A stretch of DNA of 63,980 nucleotides, from contig NC_057759.1 in NCBI RefSeq assembly GCF_004010195.1, forward strand, positions 2,765,187-2,829,166, given 5' to 3'. Of this stretch, positions 12,385 through 24,955 are shown in pieces (the stretch's first letter is position 1; the number at the start of each line of letters is the position of its first letter). Made by a program: the position numbers and the translations under genes. Below the pieces are notes generated by a model. That model did no database searches. It saw only the letters and a list, made by a program, of their open reading frames with translations, and was not told where the DNA came from. The stretch comes from Chiloscyllium plagiosum (taxonomy: Eukaryota).

Positions 12385-12880
12385 ACTGCTAATCAAAGCA
12401 CTGATAACATGGTAGATGGTGTTGTCTCAGATTTCGGGGGTCCTGTTTTCTCAGTGCTCTGTTGATCTCCCTGTTCCAACAGAGTAAGATGTTGTCTATT
12501 CTCAGCTCTGCTGTATTTCTGGTGAAACTCTGACCCCCTTTTACACCTTCTGGAATAATAGAACAGTAAATCAGTCGATCAAGGCCCAACCCACAATCTC
12601 CCAGCCTGTAAACCATCCAGACACAGAATGTCATCATAGCAGGGAATAAAACAAGAAAAGTAAAACAAAATAAATGCACAATTGGTTCTTGTGGTTAATG
12701 TTTGTTCATTAGAAAGTAAACCAAAAATAGGGGTCTCCCAGGATTCTCAACAGTTCTCGACTTGAGGAACTCTCTCTCCTTAACATCTGAATATTAGTAC
12801 CTTGCTCTGATTTATAACAATATTTACATCAACTGAAAGAAAGCATCTGTTATCAAATAGACAAAAAGGTGTGTCGCACA

Positions 12881-13380
12881 NNNNNNNNNNNNNNNNNNNN
12901 NNNNNNNNNNNNNNNNNNNNNNNNNNNNNNNNNNNNNNNNNNNNNNNNNNNNNNNNNNNNNNNNNNNNNNNNNNNNNNNNNNNNNNNNNNNNNNNNNNNN
13001 NNNNNNNNNNNNNNNNNNNNNNNNNNNNNNNNNNNNNNNNNNNNNNNNNNNNNNNNNNNNNNNNNNNNNNNNNNNNNNNNNNNNNNNNNNNNNNNNNNNN
13101 NNNNNNNNNNNNNNNNNNNNNNNNNNNNNNNNNNNNNNNNNNNNNNNNNNNNNNNNNNNNNNNNNNNNNNNNNNNNNNNNNNNNNNNNNNNNNNNNNNNN
13201 NNNNNNNNNNNNNNNNNNNNNNNNNNNNNNNNNNNNNNNNNNNNNNNNNNNNNNNNNNNNNNNNNNNNNNNNNNNNNNNNNNNNNNNNNNNNNNNNNNNN
13301 NNNNNNNNNNNNNNNNNNNNNNNNNNNNNNNNNNNNNNNNNNNNNNNNNNNNNNNNNNNNNNNNNNNNNNNNNNNNNNNN
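12881..13380. other. Assembly gap (500 N)
   Basis: Run of N. Confidence 1.
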
Positions 13381-14784
13381 CCTCAATCTCCTTTTTTCTA
13401 ATGAAAATAAACCTAACCTACTCAACCTCTCTTCATTGTTAGCACCTTCCATAAAGGCAACAGCCTCGTAAACCTTCTCTGCACCCTCTCCAAAGCGTCC
13501 ACATCCTTTTGGTAATGGGGCGACCAGAACTCTGCACAGCATTCTAAATGGGCTGAACCAATGTCGTGTACAATTTTAACATGACTTGCCAGCTCTTATA
13601 CTCAATACCCCATCCGATGAAGGCAAATATACCACATGCCTTCTTGACCACTCTACCCATCTGTGCAGCAACATTTAGGGTACAATGGACCTGAACTCCC
13701 AGATCTCTCTGCTCATCAAATTTTCCCAAGGCTCTTCCAATTACTGTATAATTTGCTCTCGAATTAGACTTCCCAAAATGCATCACCTCACATTTACCTG
13801 GATTGAACTCCATCTGCCACTTCTCCACATAACTCTACAGTTTATCTATATTCTCCTGTAATCTTTGACAGTCCCCTATGCTTTCTGCTACTCCATCAAT
13901 GTTCATGTCATCTGCAAACTTGCTGATCATACCAACAGTGCCCACTTCCAGATCATTTATGTATATTACAAACAACAATGGCCCCAGCACTGATCCCTCT
14001 GGAACACCACTGGTCGCCTTTCTCCATTTCGAGAAACTCCCTTCAACTACTACTCTCTGTCTCCTGTTGCTCAACCAGTTCTTTATCCACCTAGCAAGAA
14101 CACCCTGCATGCTATGCGACTTCACTTTCTCTATTCGTTCATCAAACGCCTTACTAAAGTCCATGTATATGACATCTATAGCCCTTCCTTCATCTATCAA
14201 CTTGGTCACTTCCTCAAAGAGCTCTACTAAGTTTGTAATGGAACGATCTCCCCTGCACAAAACCATGTTGCCTATCACTGATAAGCCCATTCTTTTCCAA
14301 ATATAAATAGATTTTATCCCTCAGTAGCTTCTCCAGCAACTTTCCCACCGCTGACATCAGGCTCATTGGTCTGTAGTTACCCGGAATATCCCTTCTTGTA
14401 CACGGGACAATATGAGCAACCTTCCAGTTCTCCGGCAACTCACTTGTGTTTAAGAATGCTACAAAAATAGCTGTCAAGCCCCCAGCTATTTCCTTTCTCG
14501 CCCCCCTCAGCAACCTGGGATAGATCCAATCAAGTCCTGGGGATTTGTCCACCTTAAAAACATCTAGCCTACCCACAGATCTTCCTTGTTTATGTCAACG
14601 TGATCCAGAGTAATCAAACTCATGTCTCTAATCTCAACATTCATCATGTCCCCCTCATTAGTGAACAGTGATGCAAAGTAATCATTCAGAATCTCACCCA
14701 TTCTCTCAGGTTCGACACACAGCCTTCCTTCATTATCCTTTAGTGGACCAATCCTTTCCCAAGTTACCTGCTTGCATCTTATAT

Positions 14785-15184
14785 AAGAATTAAAGGCTTT
14801 GGAATTCTCCTTAATTCTGCTCACTATAGCTATTTCATGACCCGTTTTATCCCGCTTGACTCCTCGCTTAAGACTGGTCCTAGCCTCCCGATATTCCTCC
14901 AGGGCCCATTCTGTTCTTAGCTGCCTGGACTTTATGTACACTTCCCTTTTCATCTTGGCTAGTCATACAATTTCTCCTGTCATCAAGAATTAAAGGCTTT
15001 GGGATTCTCCTTAATTCTGCTCACTATAGCTATTTCATGACCCGTTTTATCCTGCTTGACTCCTCGTTTAAGACTGGTCCTAGTCTCCCGATATTCCTCC
15101 AGGGCCCATTCTGTTCTTAGCTGCCTGGACTTTATGTACACTTCCCTTTTCATCTTGGCTAGTCATACAATTTCTCCTGTCATC
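14785..15184. repeat. 200-bp tandem duplication inside CR1 ORF2
   Basis: AAGAATTAAAGGCTTT...TCCTGTCATC at 14785-14984 and 14985-15184 with few mismatches; single copy in unit 1. Confidence 0.92.
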
Positions 15185-16846
15185 CACGGTCCACGAATCT
15201 TGCCTTTCCTATCCCTTGCTTTCAATGGGACATGCCTATCCTGCACTATCTTTAACCTATCTTTGAAAGCCTCCCACATATCAAATGTGGATTTCTCTTT
15301 AAATCGCTGTGTCCAATCTCCATTTCACAGCTCCTACCTAATTTTGATATAATTAGCCGTGCCCAGTTTAGTAATCTTCCCTTAGGACCACACTCATCTT
15401 TGTCTAAAACTTACAGAATTGTGGTCACTACTCCCAAAGAAACCCACCCCCACTCCACCCCGCAGTGTAACTTCTCCCACCTTGCTGGCTCGTTCTCCAA
15501 TACCAACTCCGATATGGCCCCTTTCCTTGTCGGATTATTGACATATTAGACCAGAAAACTCTCCTGGAAGCTTCTTAAAAATTCCGCCCCATCCAGACTT
15601 CTGACACAAAGTGTATCCCAGTCAATGTTGGGAAAATTAAAATCTCCCATCACCACCACCCTGTTGCCTTTACATCTTTCCATAATCAGTTTACCTATTT
15701 GTTCTTCTACCTCATGCTAACTGTTGGGAGGCCTGTAATACAGCCCCAACAATGTTAACAGCACCCTTCTTATTTCTCAGCTCCACCCAAAATGCCTCAC
15801 TACTAAAGCCCTCCATAGTGTCCTCCTTTAGCACAGCCGTGATATCATCCCTGACCGGCAATGCAACTCCTCCCCCCACTCCCCCACCCCCAACCTTTTA
15901 CTTCCCTCCCTGTCCTGTCTGAAGCATCTATATCTTTGAATATTTAGTTGCCAATCATGCCCCTCCCTCAAACAAGTCTCTGTGATTGCAATAACACCAT
16001 ACTCTCAGGCACCAATCCAAGCCCGAAGTTCATCTGCCTTACCCACTATACTCCTTGTATTGAAGTATCTGCACTTCAGGCCACCATTTCTTTTGCGTTC
16101 ATCTGCTCTCTGCCTACTCTTCCCCTTATTAATGCTATATTCATGATTCTTACAGTCTCCAGTTTCCACCTTGCTGTCTTCTCTTCAGGCTCCCTGCCCC
16201 TGCCACATTAGTTTAAAACCTCCCCAACAGCAGTAGCAAAAATTCCCCCAAGGACATTAGTTTCAGTCTGATTCAGATGTCGACCGTCCAATTTGTAATA
16301 GTCCCACCTTCCCCAGAACCGGTCCCAATATCCAACAAATCTAAACCCCTCCCTCCTACAGCATCTCTCAAGCCGCGTGTTCATCCTGCCTATTCTTTCA
16401 TTTCTACGCTGGCTAGCCTTCCTACTCTTTTTCTGCCTTTTGGTCACCTAATCACTGTATCCCTCAGCAATTCTAACCTGCCGTGTGACCAGTTCACTAA
16501 ACGTGCTATCCACGATCTCCTCAGTATCGTTGATGCTCCACATTGAGACCATCCACAGCTTCAGAGCCATCATGCGGTCAAATAAAGGGTACAGCTGGAC
16601 ACACTTCTTGCAAGAGTCAAGAACGTCAGCCACTTGCCTGAGCTCCCACATCAAGCAAGAGGCACAAGCCATGGGTCTGACTTACCCTGCCATTGTAAGC
16701 CTTAGCATTAAATCAACTAACTAAAACCAAACAACGCACTTAAATATATGAAAGAAAAGAAAGAGAAAATAAAAACCTTACCTTTCAGAGTCTTTTTCTT
16801 ATGGTTAGCGGAGGTGGAGTGGTGCGGGAGGGAGATACTGTACGTG

Positions 16847-17067
16847 GTGGGCCTGTGGAATTCATTGCCATGGAGTGCAGTGGAGACCGGGACGCTAAAT
16901 GTCTTCAAGGCAGAAATTGATGAATTCTTGATGTCACAAGGAATTAAGGGCTATGGGGAGAATGCGGGTAAGTGGAGTTGAAATGCCCATCAGCCATGAT
17001 TGAATGACGGAGTGGACTCGATGGGTCGAATGGCTTTACTTCCACTCCTATGTCTTATGGTCTTATG
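16847..17067 (+). mobile_element. 5'-truncated CR1 tail (221 bp) inserted in the CR1 5'UTR
   Basis: VVGLWNSLPWSAVETGTLNVFKAEID; (TCTTATGG)n tail; GTG on both sides; absent at ~2637 in unit 1. Second copy at 21021-21241. Confidence 0.88.
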
Positions 17068-18966
17068 GTGCAGTATCTCGGGTTTAGCCGCTGCCCAAAA
17101 TACATATTAAGTCTTTACCTTCCCAGCACCCTCCTGGTCTCCATGTCACCGTCGCTCTGTCTCCTGCTGCTCTCGAACAGGAAAAAGGCTGCGGGCTCTG
17201 AAAGTAAGAATTTAAACAGCGTCCTTACCTTCCCTGCACCCTCCTGGTCTCATGTCACCTCCACTCTGTCTCCCATTGCTCCCGGACAGGATATCGTGTA
17301 ACTTGAAAGAGTTCAGAAAAGATATGCAAGGATGTCTTCACAGTTTTAGGATTTGAGGTGAATATGCTGAGGCTGTTTTCCCTAGCGCACCGGAGGCTGA
17401 GGGCTGACCCAAGAGACATTTAGAGTCATAGAGATGTACAGCATGTAAAAAGACCATTCGGTCCAACTGTCCATGTCAAACAGTTATCCCAACCTAATCT
17501 AGTCCCATTTGCCAGCACTTGTCCCAAATCCCTCCAAACCTTTCCGATTCATATACCCATCCAGATGCCTTTTAAATGTTGCAATTGTACCATCCTCCAG
17601 CACTTCCTCTGGCAGCTCATTCCATACATTCATCACTCTCTGTGTGAAAATGTTGACCCTTAGGTCCCTTTTATATCATTCCCTGCTCACCGTAAATCTA
17701 TGCTCTCTAGTTCTGGGCTCCCACACCTCAGGGGAAAAGACTTTGTCTACTTATCCTACCCGTGCCCCTCATGATTTTATAAACGCCTATGAGGTCACCC
17801 CTCAGCCTTCAACTTTCCAGGGAAAACAGCCCCAGCTATTCAGCCTCTCCCTATAGTTCAAATCCTCCATCCTGGTGGTGTAGTCCAGAAATAGAGGGTA
17901 AGAGGTTTAGGTGATGGTGGGGGTGGGTGTTTTAAAAGTGACCTCAGGGGCAACATTTTCATTCAGAGGGTGGTCTCTGTGAAGAATCAGTTGCCAGAGG
18001 AAGTGGTGGATGACATTTAAAAGGCATCTAGATAGGTATGTGAAAAGGAATGGTTTAGAGGGATATGGGCCAATGGGACTAGATTAGGTTAGGATATCTC
18101 TACGACCCTGGCTTGCCGCTAACGTTTGTATGTTCAGTTTCTCTCTGGTGTCAGTGTCAATGCGTTGATGTCTTTTTCACCCACCCCAACCCCCTTCCCG
18201 GAATGTTAACTATTTTGTGAACAGTTGTTTCTCAACAATCTGCATTGCAGATTCATCCTGAATTTACACACTTTTTTTGCCTCCCAAAATCAGGCCCGCT
18301 CAATCTCAGTAGTATGCCAATGTTGTGAAAGATATTAACTTTTCAGGTGGAATTATCCAAAATTCAAAGAGATATCAGCCTTAACGTTTTTGCTTTTCTG
18401 CCCCTGTAAGATTCTGAATCAGCACCTTCAGGAGAATTAGTTAGAACGGAGTGAGAACAGAGCGGGAGAAAGAGAGCGTGGGATGGTGCTTTCAATGTTT
18501 CAGGATAACAAAAGAAAAGAATGTCAGATAAAAATTGGAATTGCTTTTACTGAATTTCTACTTTGAACTGATAGTGATGAGTTTTGTAGTCTCTTCTTAC
18601 GGAGTATTTGAAGATCAAAAGGTGGATGTTTCAAAATGAACAGATGAAAGGCTTATGCCTGACTCCCCTCCTCTGTGGATGCTGCCTGAACTGCTGTGCT
18701 TTTCCAGCAACGCACTATTCGACTCTGACTCTCCAGCGTCTGCAGTTCTCACCTTCACTTCAATGTCTGCAAGTCACTCCAATCCATCGGGACTGCAATG
18801 ATTTTAGACTATGATCCTGTGAGATGGAGCAAAGCATCCTGTTTCAGTAAGTTTTCAGCATCAGTGGGACTGGGTGAGAGAGCCCAGCGTTGCAGTGCAC
18901 TGAGTGTGGAACCTGGAAAGAGGCAAGGGGCTGTACATGCGTTTGTGTACAGCTGAAGCTTCAGCC

Positions 18967-19956
18967 ATGGAGAAACCTGAGGAATCCTGGCCCATGGGGA
19001 AACCATGGAAGTGTAGTGACTGCGGGAAAGGCTTTCGTGTACCGTCTGCCCTGGAAAGTCATCGACGCAGTCACACCGGGGAGAGGCCATTCTCCTGCCC
19101 TGAGTGTGGAAAGGGCTTTACACATGTATCTACTCTCTGGGCCCACCGACGGGTCCACAACGGAGAAAGGCCATTATCTTGCCCTGAGTGTGGGAAGGGA
19201 TTTACCCGCTCCTCCCACCTGCTGCCCCACTGGCGGGTCCACACCGGTGAGAGGCCCTTCAGCTGCCCTGAATGCGGGAAGGCCTTCACCGATTCCTCCG
19301 CCCTGCTGAAGCATCAGCGGGTCCACACCGGGGAGAGGCCATTCTCCTGCCCCAAGTGCGGGAAGGACTTTACCCGCTACTCCAACCTGATGAGGCACCA
19401 GGAGCTCCACACCAGGGAGAGGCCGTTCTCCTGCCCAGAGTGCGGTAAGAGCTTTAACCGCTCCTCCAGCCTGCTGGCCCACCAGTCAGTCCACTCCGGG
19501 GAGAAGCCCTTCAGCTGTCTCGAGTGCGGGAAGGCTTTCAGCAATTCTTCTGGCCTGCTGGCACACCAGCAGGTCCACACAGGGGAGAGGCCATACACCT
19601 GCTCCGTGTGTGGGAAGGGATTCAGTCAGCTGGGCAATCTGCAGAGGCATGAGTGGGTCCACACAGGGGAGAGGCCCTTCAGGTGCCGTGAATGCGGGAA
19701 GGGGTTCACTTGCTCGGCTAAGCTGATGACCCATCAGCGGGTTCATACCGGGGAGAGGCCGTTCGCCTGCTCTCAATGCGGGAAGGGATTCCTCGATTCT
19801 TCCACCCTGCTGACCCACCAGCAGGCCACCATTTCTTTTGCCGTTCATCTGTCTCTGCCTACTCTTCCCCTTATTAATGCTATATTCATGATTCTTACAG
19901 TCTCCAGTTTCCACCTCGCTGTCTTCTCTTCAGGCTCCCTGCCCCTGCCACATTAG
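18967..19956 (+). CDS. C2H2 zinc-finger protein copy B: 9 complete fingers, a truncated 10th, and a 44-aa antisense-CR1-derived tail (329 aa; expression unknown)
   Basis: Uninterrupted ORF from GCCATGG at 18967 with TGERP-linked fingers; sequence switches to antisense CR1 at 19822; TAG at 19954. Confidence 0.7.
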   Translation: MEKPEESWPMGKPWKCSDCGKGFRVPSALESHRRSHTGERPFSCPECGKGFTHVSTLWAHRRVHNGERPLSCPECGKGFTRSSHLLPHWRVHTGERPFSCPECGKAFTDSSALLKHQRVHTGERPFSCPKCGKDFTRYSNLMRHQELHTRERPFSCPECGKSFNRSSSLLAHQSVHSGEKPFSCLECGKAFSNSSGLLAHQQVHTGERPYTCSVCGKGFSQLGNLQRHEWVHTGERPFRCRECGKGFTCSAKLMTHQRVHTGERPFACSQCGKGFLDSSTLLTHQQATISFAVHLSLPTLPLINAIFMILTVSSFHLAVFSSGSLPLPH

Positions 19957-21460
19957 TTTAAAACCTTCCCGACAGTAGTAGCAAAAATTCCCCCAAGGAC
20001 ATTAGTTTCAGTCTGATTCAGATGTCGACTGTCCAATTTGTAATAGTCCCACCATCCCCAGAACCGGTCCCAATATCCAACAAATCTAAACCCCTCCCTC
20101 CTACAGCATCTCTCAAGCCGCGTGTTCATCCTGCCTATTCTTTCATTTCTACGCTGGCTAACAGTGGCACTGGTAGTAATCCCAGATCACTACTTTTGTG
20201 GTCCTCCTTTTTAACTTCTTTCTTAGCTCCTTGAATTCTGCTTTCAGGACCTCATCTCGTTTTTTTACTTATATTGTTGGTGCCTGTATGCACCAAAACA
20301 ACCGGCTATTCACCCTCCTCTTTTAGAATGCTCTGCAGCCGATCGGTGACATCCCTGACCCGAGAACCTGGGAGGCAACATATCATTCAGGAGTCCCGTT
20401 TTCGGCCACAGAACCGCCTACCTACTACCCTTACAATTGCTTCCCGTAATACTATGGCCTTACGAGTCTTTTTGTCACCATGTGCCATGATCTTGGCAAA
20501 TGCTGCCCTCCCCGATGAGCCATCTCCCTCAACAGTATCCAAAACGGTATACCTGTTTTGGAGGGAGATGACCTTAGGGTACACCTGACTGCCTTCTTAC
20601 TCTTTTTCTGCCTTTTGGTCACCCATTCACTGTCTCCCTCAGCAATTCTAACCTGCTGCGTGACCAGTTCACTAAACGCGCTATCCACGCTTTCCTCAGC
20701 ATCGTGGATGCTCCAAGTGAGTCCATCCAAAGCTCCAGAGCCATCATGCGGTCAAACAAGAGCTACAGCTGGACACACTTCATGCAAGAGTCAAGAACGT
20801 CAGTCACTTGCCTGAGCTCCCACATCAAGCAAGAGGCATAAGCCATGGGTCTGACTTACCCTGCCATTGTAAGCCTTAGCATTAAATCAACTAACTAAAA
20901 CCAAACAACGCACTTAAATATATGAAAGAAAAGAAAGAGAAAATAAAAGCCTTACCTTTCAGAGTCTTTTTCTTATGGTTAGCGGAGGTGGAGTGGTGCG
21001 GGAGGGAGATACTGTACGTGGTGGGCCTGTGGAATTCATTGCCATGGAGTGCAGTGGAGACCGGGACGCTAAATGTCTTCAAGGCAGAAATTGATGAATT
21101 CTTGATGTCACAAGGAATTAAGGGCTACGGGGAGAATGCGGGTAAGTGGAGTTGAAATGCCCATCAGCCATGATTGAGTGACGGAGTGGACTCGATGGGT
21201 CGAATGGCTTTACTTCCACTCCTATGTCTTATGGTCTTATGGTGCAGTATCTCGGGTTTAGCCGCTGCCCAAAATACATACTAAGTCTTTACCTTCCCAG
21301 CACCCTCCTGGTCTCCATGTCACCGTCGCTCTGTCTCCTGCTGCTCCCGAACAGGAAAAAGGCTGCGGGCTCTGAAAGTAAGAATTTAAACAGCGTCCTT
21401 ACCTTCCCTGCACCCTCCTGGTCTCATGTCACCTCCGCTCTGTCTCCCATTGCTCCCGGA
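19822..21460 (-). mobile_element. CR1 5' part (5'UTR and ORF1), duplicated copy
   Basis: Matches 16077-17285 and 1444-2835; retains ORF1 segment 20161-20590. Confidence 0.92.
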
Positions 21461-23014
21461 CAGGATATTGTGTAACTTGAAAGAGTTCAGAAAAGATATG
21501 CAAGGATGTCCTCACAGTTTTAGGATTTGAGATGAATATGCTGAGGCTGTTTTCCCTAGCGCATCGGAGGCTGAGGGCTGACCCAAGAGACATTTAGAGT
21601 GATAGAGATGTACAGCATGTAAAAAGACCATTCGGTCCAACTGTCCATGTCGAACAGTTATCCCAACCTAATCTAGTCCCATTTGCCAGCACTTGTCCCA
21701 AATCCCTCTAAACCTTTCCGATTCATATACCCATCCAGATGCCTTTTAAATGTTGCAATTGTACCAGCCTCCAGCACTTCCTCTGGCAGCTCATTCCATA
21801 CATTCATCACTCTCTGTGTGAAAATGTTGACCCTTAGGTCCCTTTTATATCATTCCCCGCTCACCGTAAATCTATGCTCTCTAGTTCTGGGCTCCCACAC
21901 CTCAGTGAAAAATACTTTGTCTACTTATCCTATCCGTGCCCCTCATGATTTTATAAACGCCTATGAGGTCACCCCTCAGCCTTCAACTTTCCAGGGAAAA
22001 CAGCCCCAGCTATTCAGCCTCCTCTGTGAAGAATCAGCTGCCAGAGGAAGTGGTGGATGACATTTAAAAGGCATCTAGATAGGTATGTGAAAAGGAATGG
22101 TTTAGAGGGATATGGGCCAATGGGACTAGATTAGGTTAGGATATCTCTACGACCCTGGCTTGCCGCTAACGTTTGTATGTTCAGTTTCTCTCTGGTGTCA
22201 GTGTCAATGCATTGATGTCTTTTTCACCCACCACAACCCCCTTCCCCGGGATGTTAACTATTTTGTGAACAGTTGTTTCTCAACAATCTGCATTGCAGAT
22301 TCATCCTGAATTTACACACTTTTTTTGCCTCCCAAAATCAGGCCCGCTCAATCTCAGCAGTATCCCAATGTTGTGAAAGATATTAACTTTTCAGGTGGAA
22401 TTATCCAAAATTCAAAGAGATATCAACCTTAACGTTTTTGCTTTTTTGCCCCTGTAAGATCCTGAATCAGCACATTCAGGAGAATCAGTTAGAACGGAGT
22501 GAGAACAGAGCGGGAGAAAGAGAGCGTGGGATGGTGCTTTCAATGTTTCAGGATAACAAAAGAAAAGAATGTCAGATAAAAATTGGAATTGCTTTTACTG
22601 AATTTCTACTTTGAACTGATAGTGATGAGTTTTGTAGTCTCTTCTTACGGAGTATTTGAAGATCAAAAGGTGGATGTTTCAAAATGAACAGATGAAAGGC
22701 TTATGCCTGACTCCCCTCCTCTGTGGATGCTGCCTGAACTGCTGTGCTTTTCCAGCAACGCATTTTTCGACTCTGACTCTCCAGTGTCTGCAGTTCTCAC
22801 TTTCACTTCAATGTCTGCAAGTCACTCCAATCCATCGGGACTGCAATGATTTTAGACTATGATCCTGTGAGATGGAGCAAAGCATCCTGTTTCAGTAAGT
22901 TTTCAGCATCAGTGGGACTGGGTGAGAGAGCCCAGCGTTGCAGTGCACTGAGTGTGGAACCTGGAAAGAGGCAAGGGGCTCTACATGCATTTGTGTATAG
23001 CTGAAGCTTCAGCC

Positions 23015-24130
23015 ATGGAGAAACCTGAGGAATCCCAGTCCATGGGGAAACCATGGAAGTGTGGCGACTGCGGGAAAGGCTTTCGTGTCCCATCTGCCCT
23101 GGAAAGTCATCGACACAGTCACACCGGGGAGAGGCCGTTCTCCTGCCCTGAGTGTGGGAAGGGCTTTACACATGCGTCTACCCTCTGGGCCCACCGACGG
23201 GTCCACAACGGAGAAAGGCCATTCTCTTGCCCTGAGTGTGGGAAGGGATTTACCCGCTCCTCCCACCTGCTGCCCCACTGGCGGGTCCACACCGGGGAGA
23301 GGCCCTTTAGCTGCCCCGAATGTGGGAAGGCCTTCACCGATTCCTCTGCCCTGCTGAAGCATCAGCGGGTCCACAACGGGGAGAGGCCATTCTCCTGCCC
23401 CAAGTGCGGGAAGGACTTTACCCGCTACTCCAACCTGATGAGGCACCAGGAGCTCCACACCAGGGAAAGGCCGTTCTCCTGCACAGAGTGCAGTAAGAGC
23501 TTTAACCGCTCCTCCAGCCTGCTGGCTCAGTAGTTGGTCCACTCCGGAGAGAAGCCCTTCAGCTGTCCCGAGTGTGGGAAGACCTTCAGCAATTCCTCCG
23601 GCCTGCTGGCGCACCAGCGGGTCCACACAGGGGAGAGGCCATACACCTGCTCCGTGTGTGGGAAGGGATTCAGTCAGCTGGGCAACCTGCAAAGGCACGA
23701 CTGGGTCCACACAGGGGAGAGGCCCTTCAGGTGCCCTGAGTGCGGGAAGGGGTTCACTTGCTCGGCTAAGCTGATGACCCATCAGCGGGTTCATACCGGG
23801 GAGAGGCCGTTCGCCTGCTCTCAATGCGGGAAGGGATTCCTCGATTCTTTCACCCTGCTGACCCACCAGCGGGTCCACACCGGAGAAAGGCCATTCATCT
23901 GCTCCGTGTGCGGGAAGGGATTCAGTCAGGTGGGCAACCTGTGAATGCACCAGCGTATCCACACTGGAGCGAGGCCATTCACCTGCCTGAGTGCAGAAAC
24001 GGATTCATCGATTGTCCGGCCTGTTGACCCACCAGAGGGTCCACACCAGGGACAGCCCGCTCACCTGTTGCAAGTGGGAAGGGCTTTATCCACTCCTCCC
24101 ACCGGCGGAGGTACCAGTGAGTTCACGTGC
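23015..24130 (+). pseudogene. C2H2 zinc-finger array gene, copy C (nonsense codons; could make a 5-finger peptide)
   Basis: ATG at 23015; TAG at 23531 in finger 6 and TGA at 23942 in finger 11; frameshifted terminal fingers. Confidence 0.88.
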
Positions 24131-24955
24131 CATTGCAGGGGACTGAAGGAGCAATGGCATGTGCCATTCATTGGCTGGACAGTCGACCCAGAACTAGAGA
24201 CTTCCGGGTTCAAATCCCACAGCGCAAGATGGCAGAATTGGAATTCGGTCAGAAATCTGCAGTTCTGAATCTAATGACGAAAACAATTTTGGGGATGAAG
24301 AAACGCCTAATTCACTCATGCCCTTTTTAGGGAAGGAAACTGCCAATGCGGAATGGATTCACTCAGTCGTCCCAGCTGCATCCTTTACCCGGTCTGGCCA
24401 GACCACAGCAGTGTGGTTGACCCTTTACTACACCCTCCCACCCACCACCCCAAGAAAATGAGCGGGGGGAGTTTTACTTGGATACAGTGTATAGGTTGAA
24501 ATTGCTGAGTGAGGCGACACTTCCTGCAGGTTAAGGCTATCACAAGGATTCAATGAAAATGGGACCACTCAGCTGACCAATAGTAAAGGAAGTGGGGTGG
24601 GGAGTGTGTGTGCTTTGACCTTGAGCAGTTTAAAAAGTAAGGCTACTTTTTGTACACCTTTTTGCTGGGGAGATCTGAAGGAGTCACAAAATTGAGTCAC
24701 AATAAAAGTTACCTGAACTTCCCGTGGTACTTAGACATTGAAATCTCTGAGATCTAACAGGTATTTCTTTTAAAGCTGCTCTTTTTTTTTCAGCCTCCAG
24801 CATTAAGTTTCCAATGCCATGTGTCAGAAGGAGCAGTGAATGAATAGTTCGAAATTGTAAATTTTTCAGGAGTGCAGATACTGCATCGTTTCATCAGCAT
24901 TGTAAAGTTTACCGGCAGCACCAGGAGGTATGGGCTGTGTCCACTAGAAATGATT

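Larger units (their letters stand above)
1..12863. repeat. Segmental duplication unit 1 (paralog of ~14428-30196)
   Basis: Same order of CR1(-), CR1 fragments, ZNF, SINE, Penelope insert, SINE and CR1 fragments, with shared insertion junctions. Similarity ends at ...TCAAATAGACA (12863 vs 30196). Confidence 0.92.
13381..17285 (-). mobile_element. Near full-length CR1 LINE (5'UTR, deleted ORF1, endonuclease, RT); 3' end lost in gap; degenerate
   Basis: RT motifs YRPMSLMSAVGKLLE, RQHGFVQGRS, YMDFSKAFD, GVPEGSVLGPLLFVIYINDL, KFADD, WQMEFNPGKC. Same 5' junction as the copy at 1-2835. Confidence 0.95.

Noticed and set aside
12853..13542. Long ORFs over N runs (also 47777-48400 and 58140-59193)
   Set aside because: Artefacts of translating Ns.
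19010..19820. 84-bp periodic repeats as a CRISPR array or minisatellite
   Set aside because: These are coding C2H2 finger units in eukaryotic DNA.
23009..23962. 317-aa minus-strand ORF (also 4414-4956 and 19174-19914)
   Set aside because: Antisense shadow of the GC-rich C2H2 repeat; periodic with the finger unit and no independent motif.
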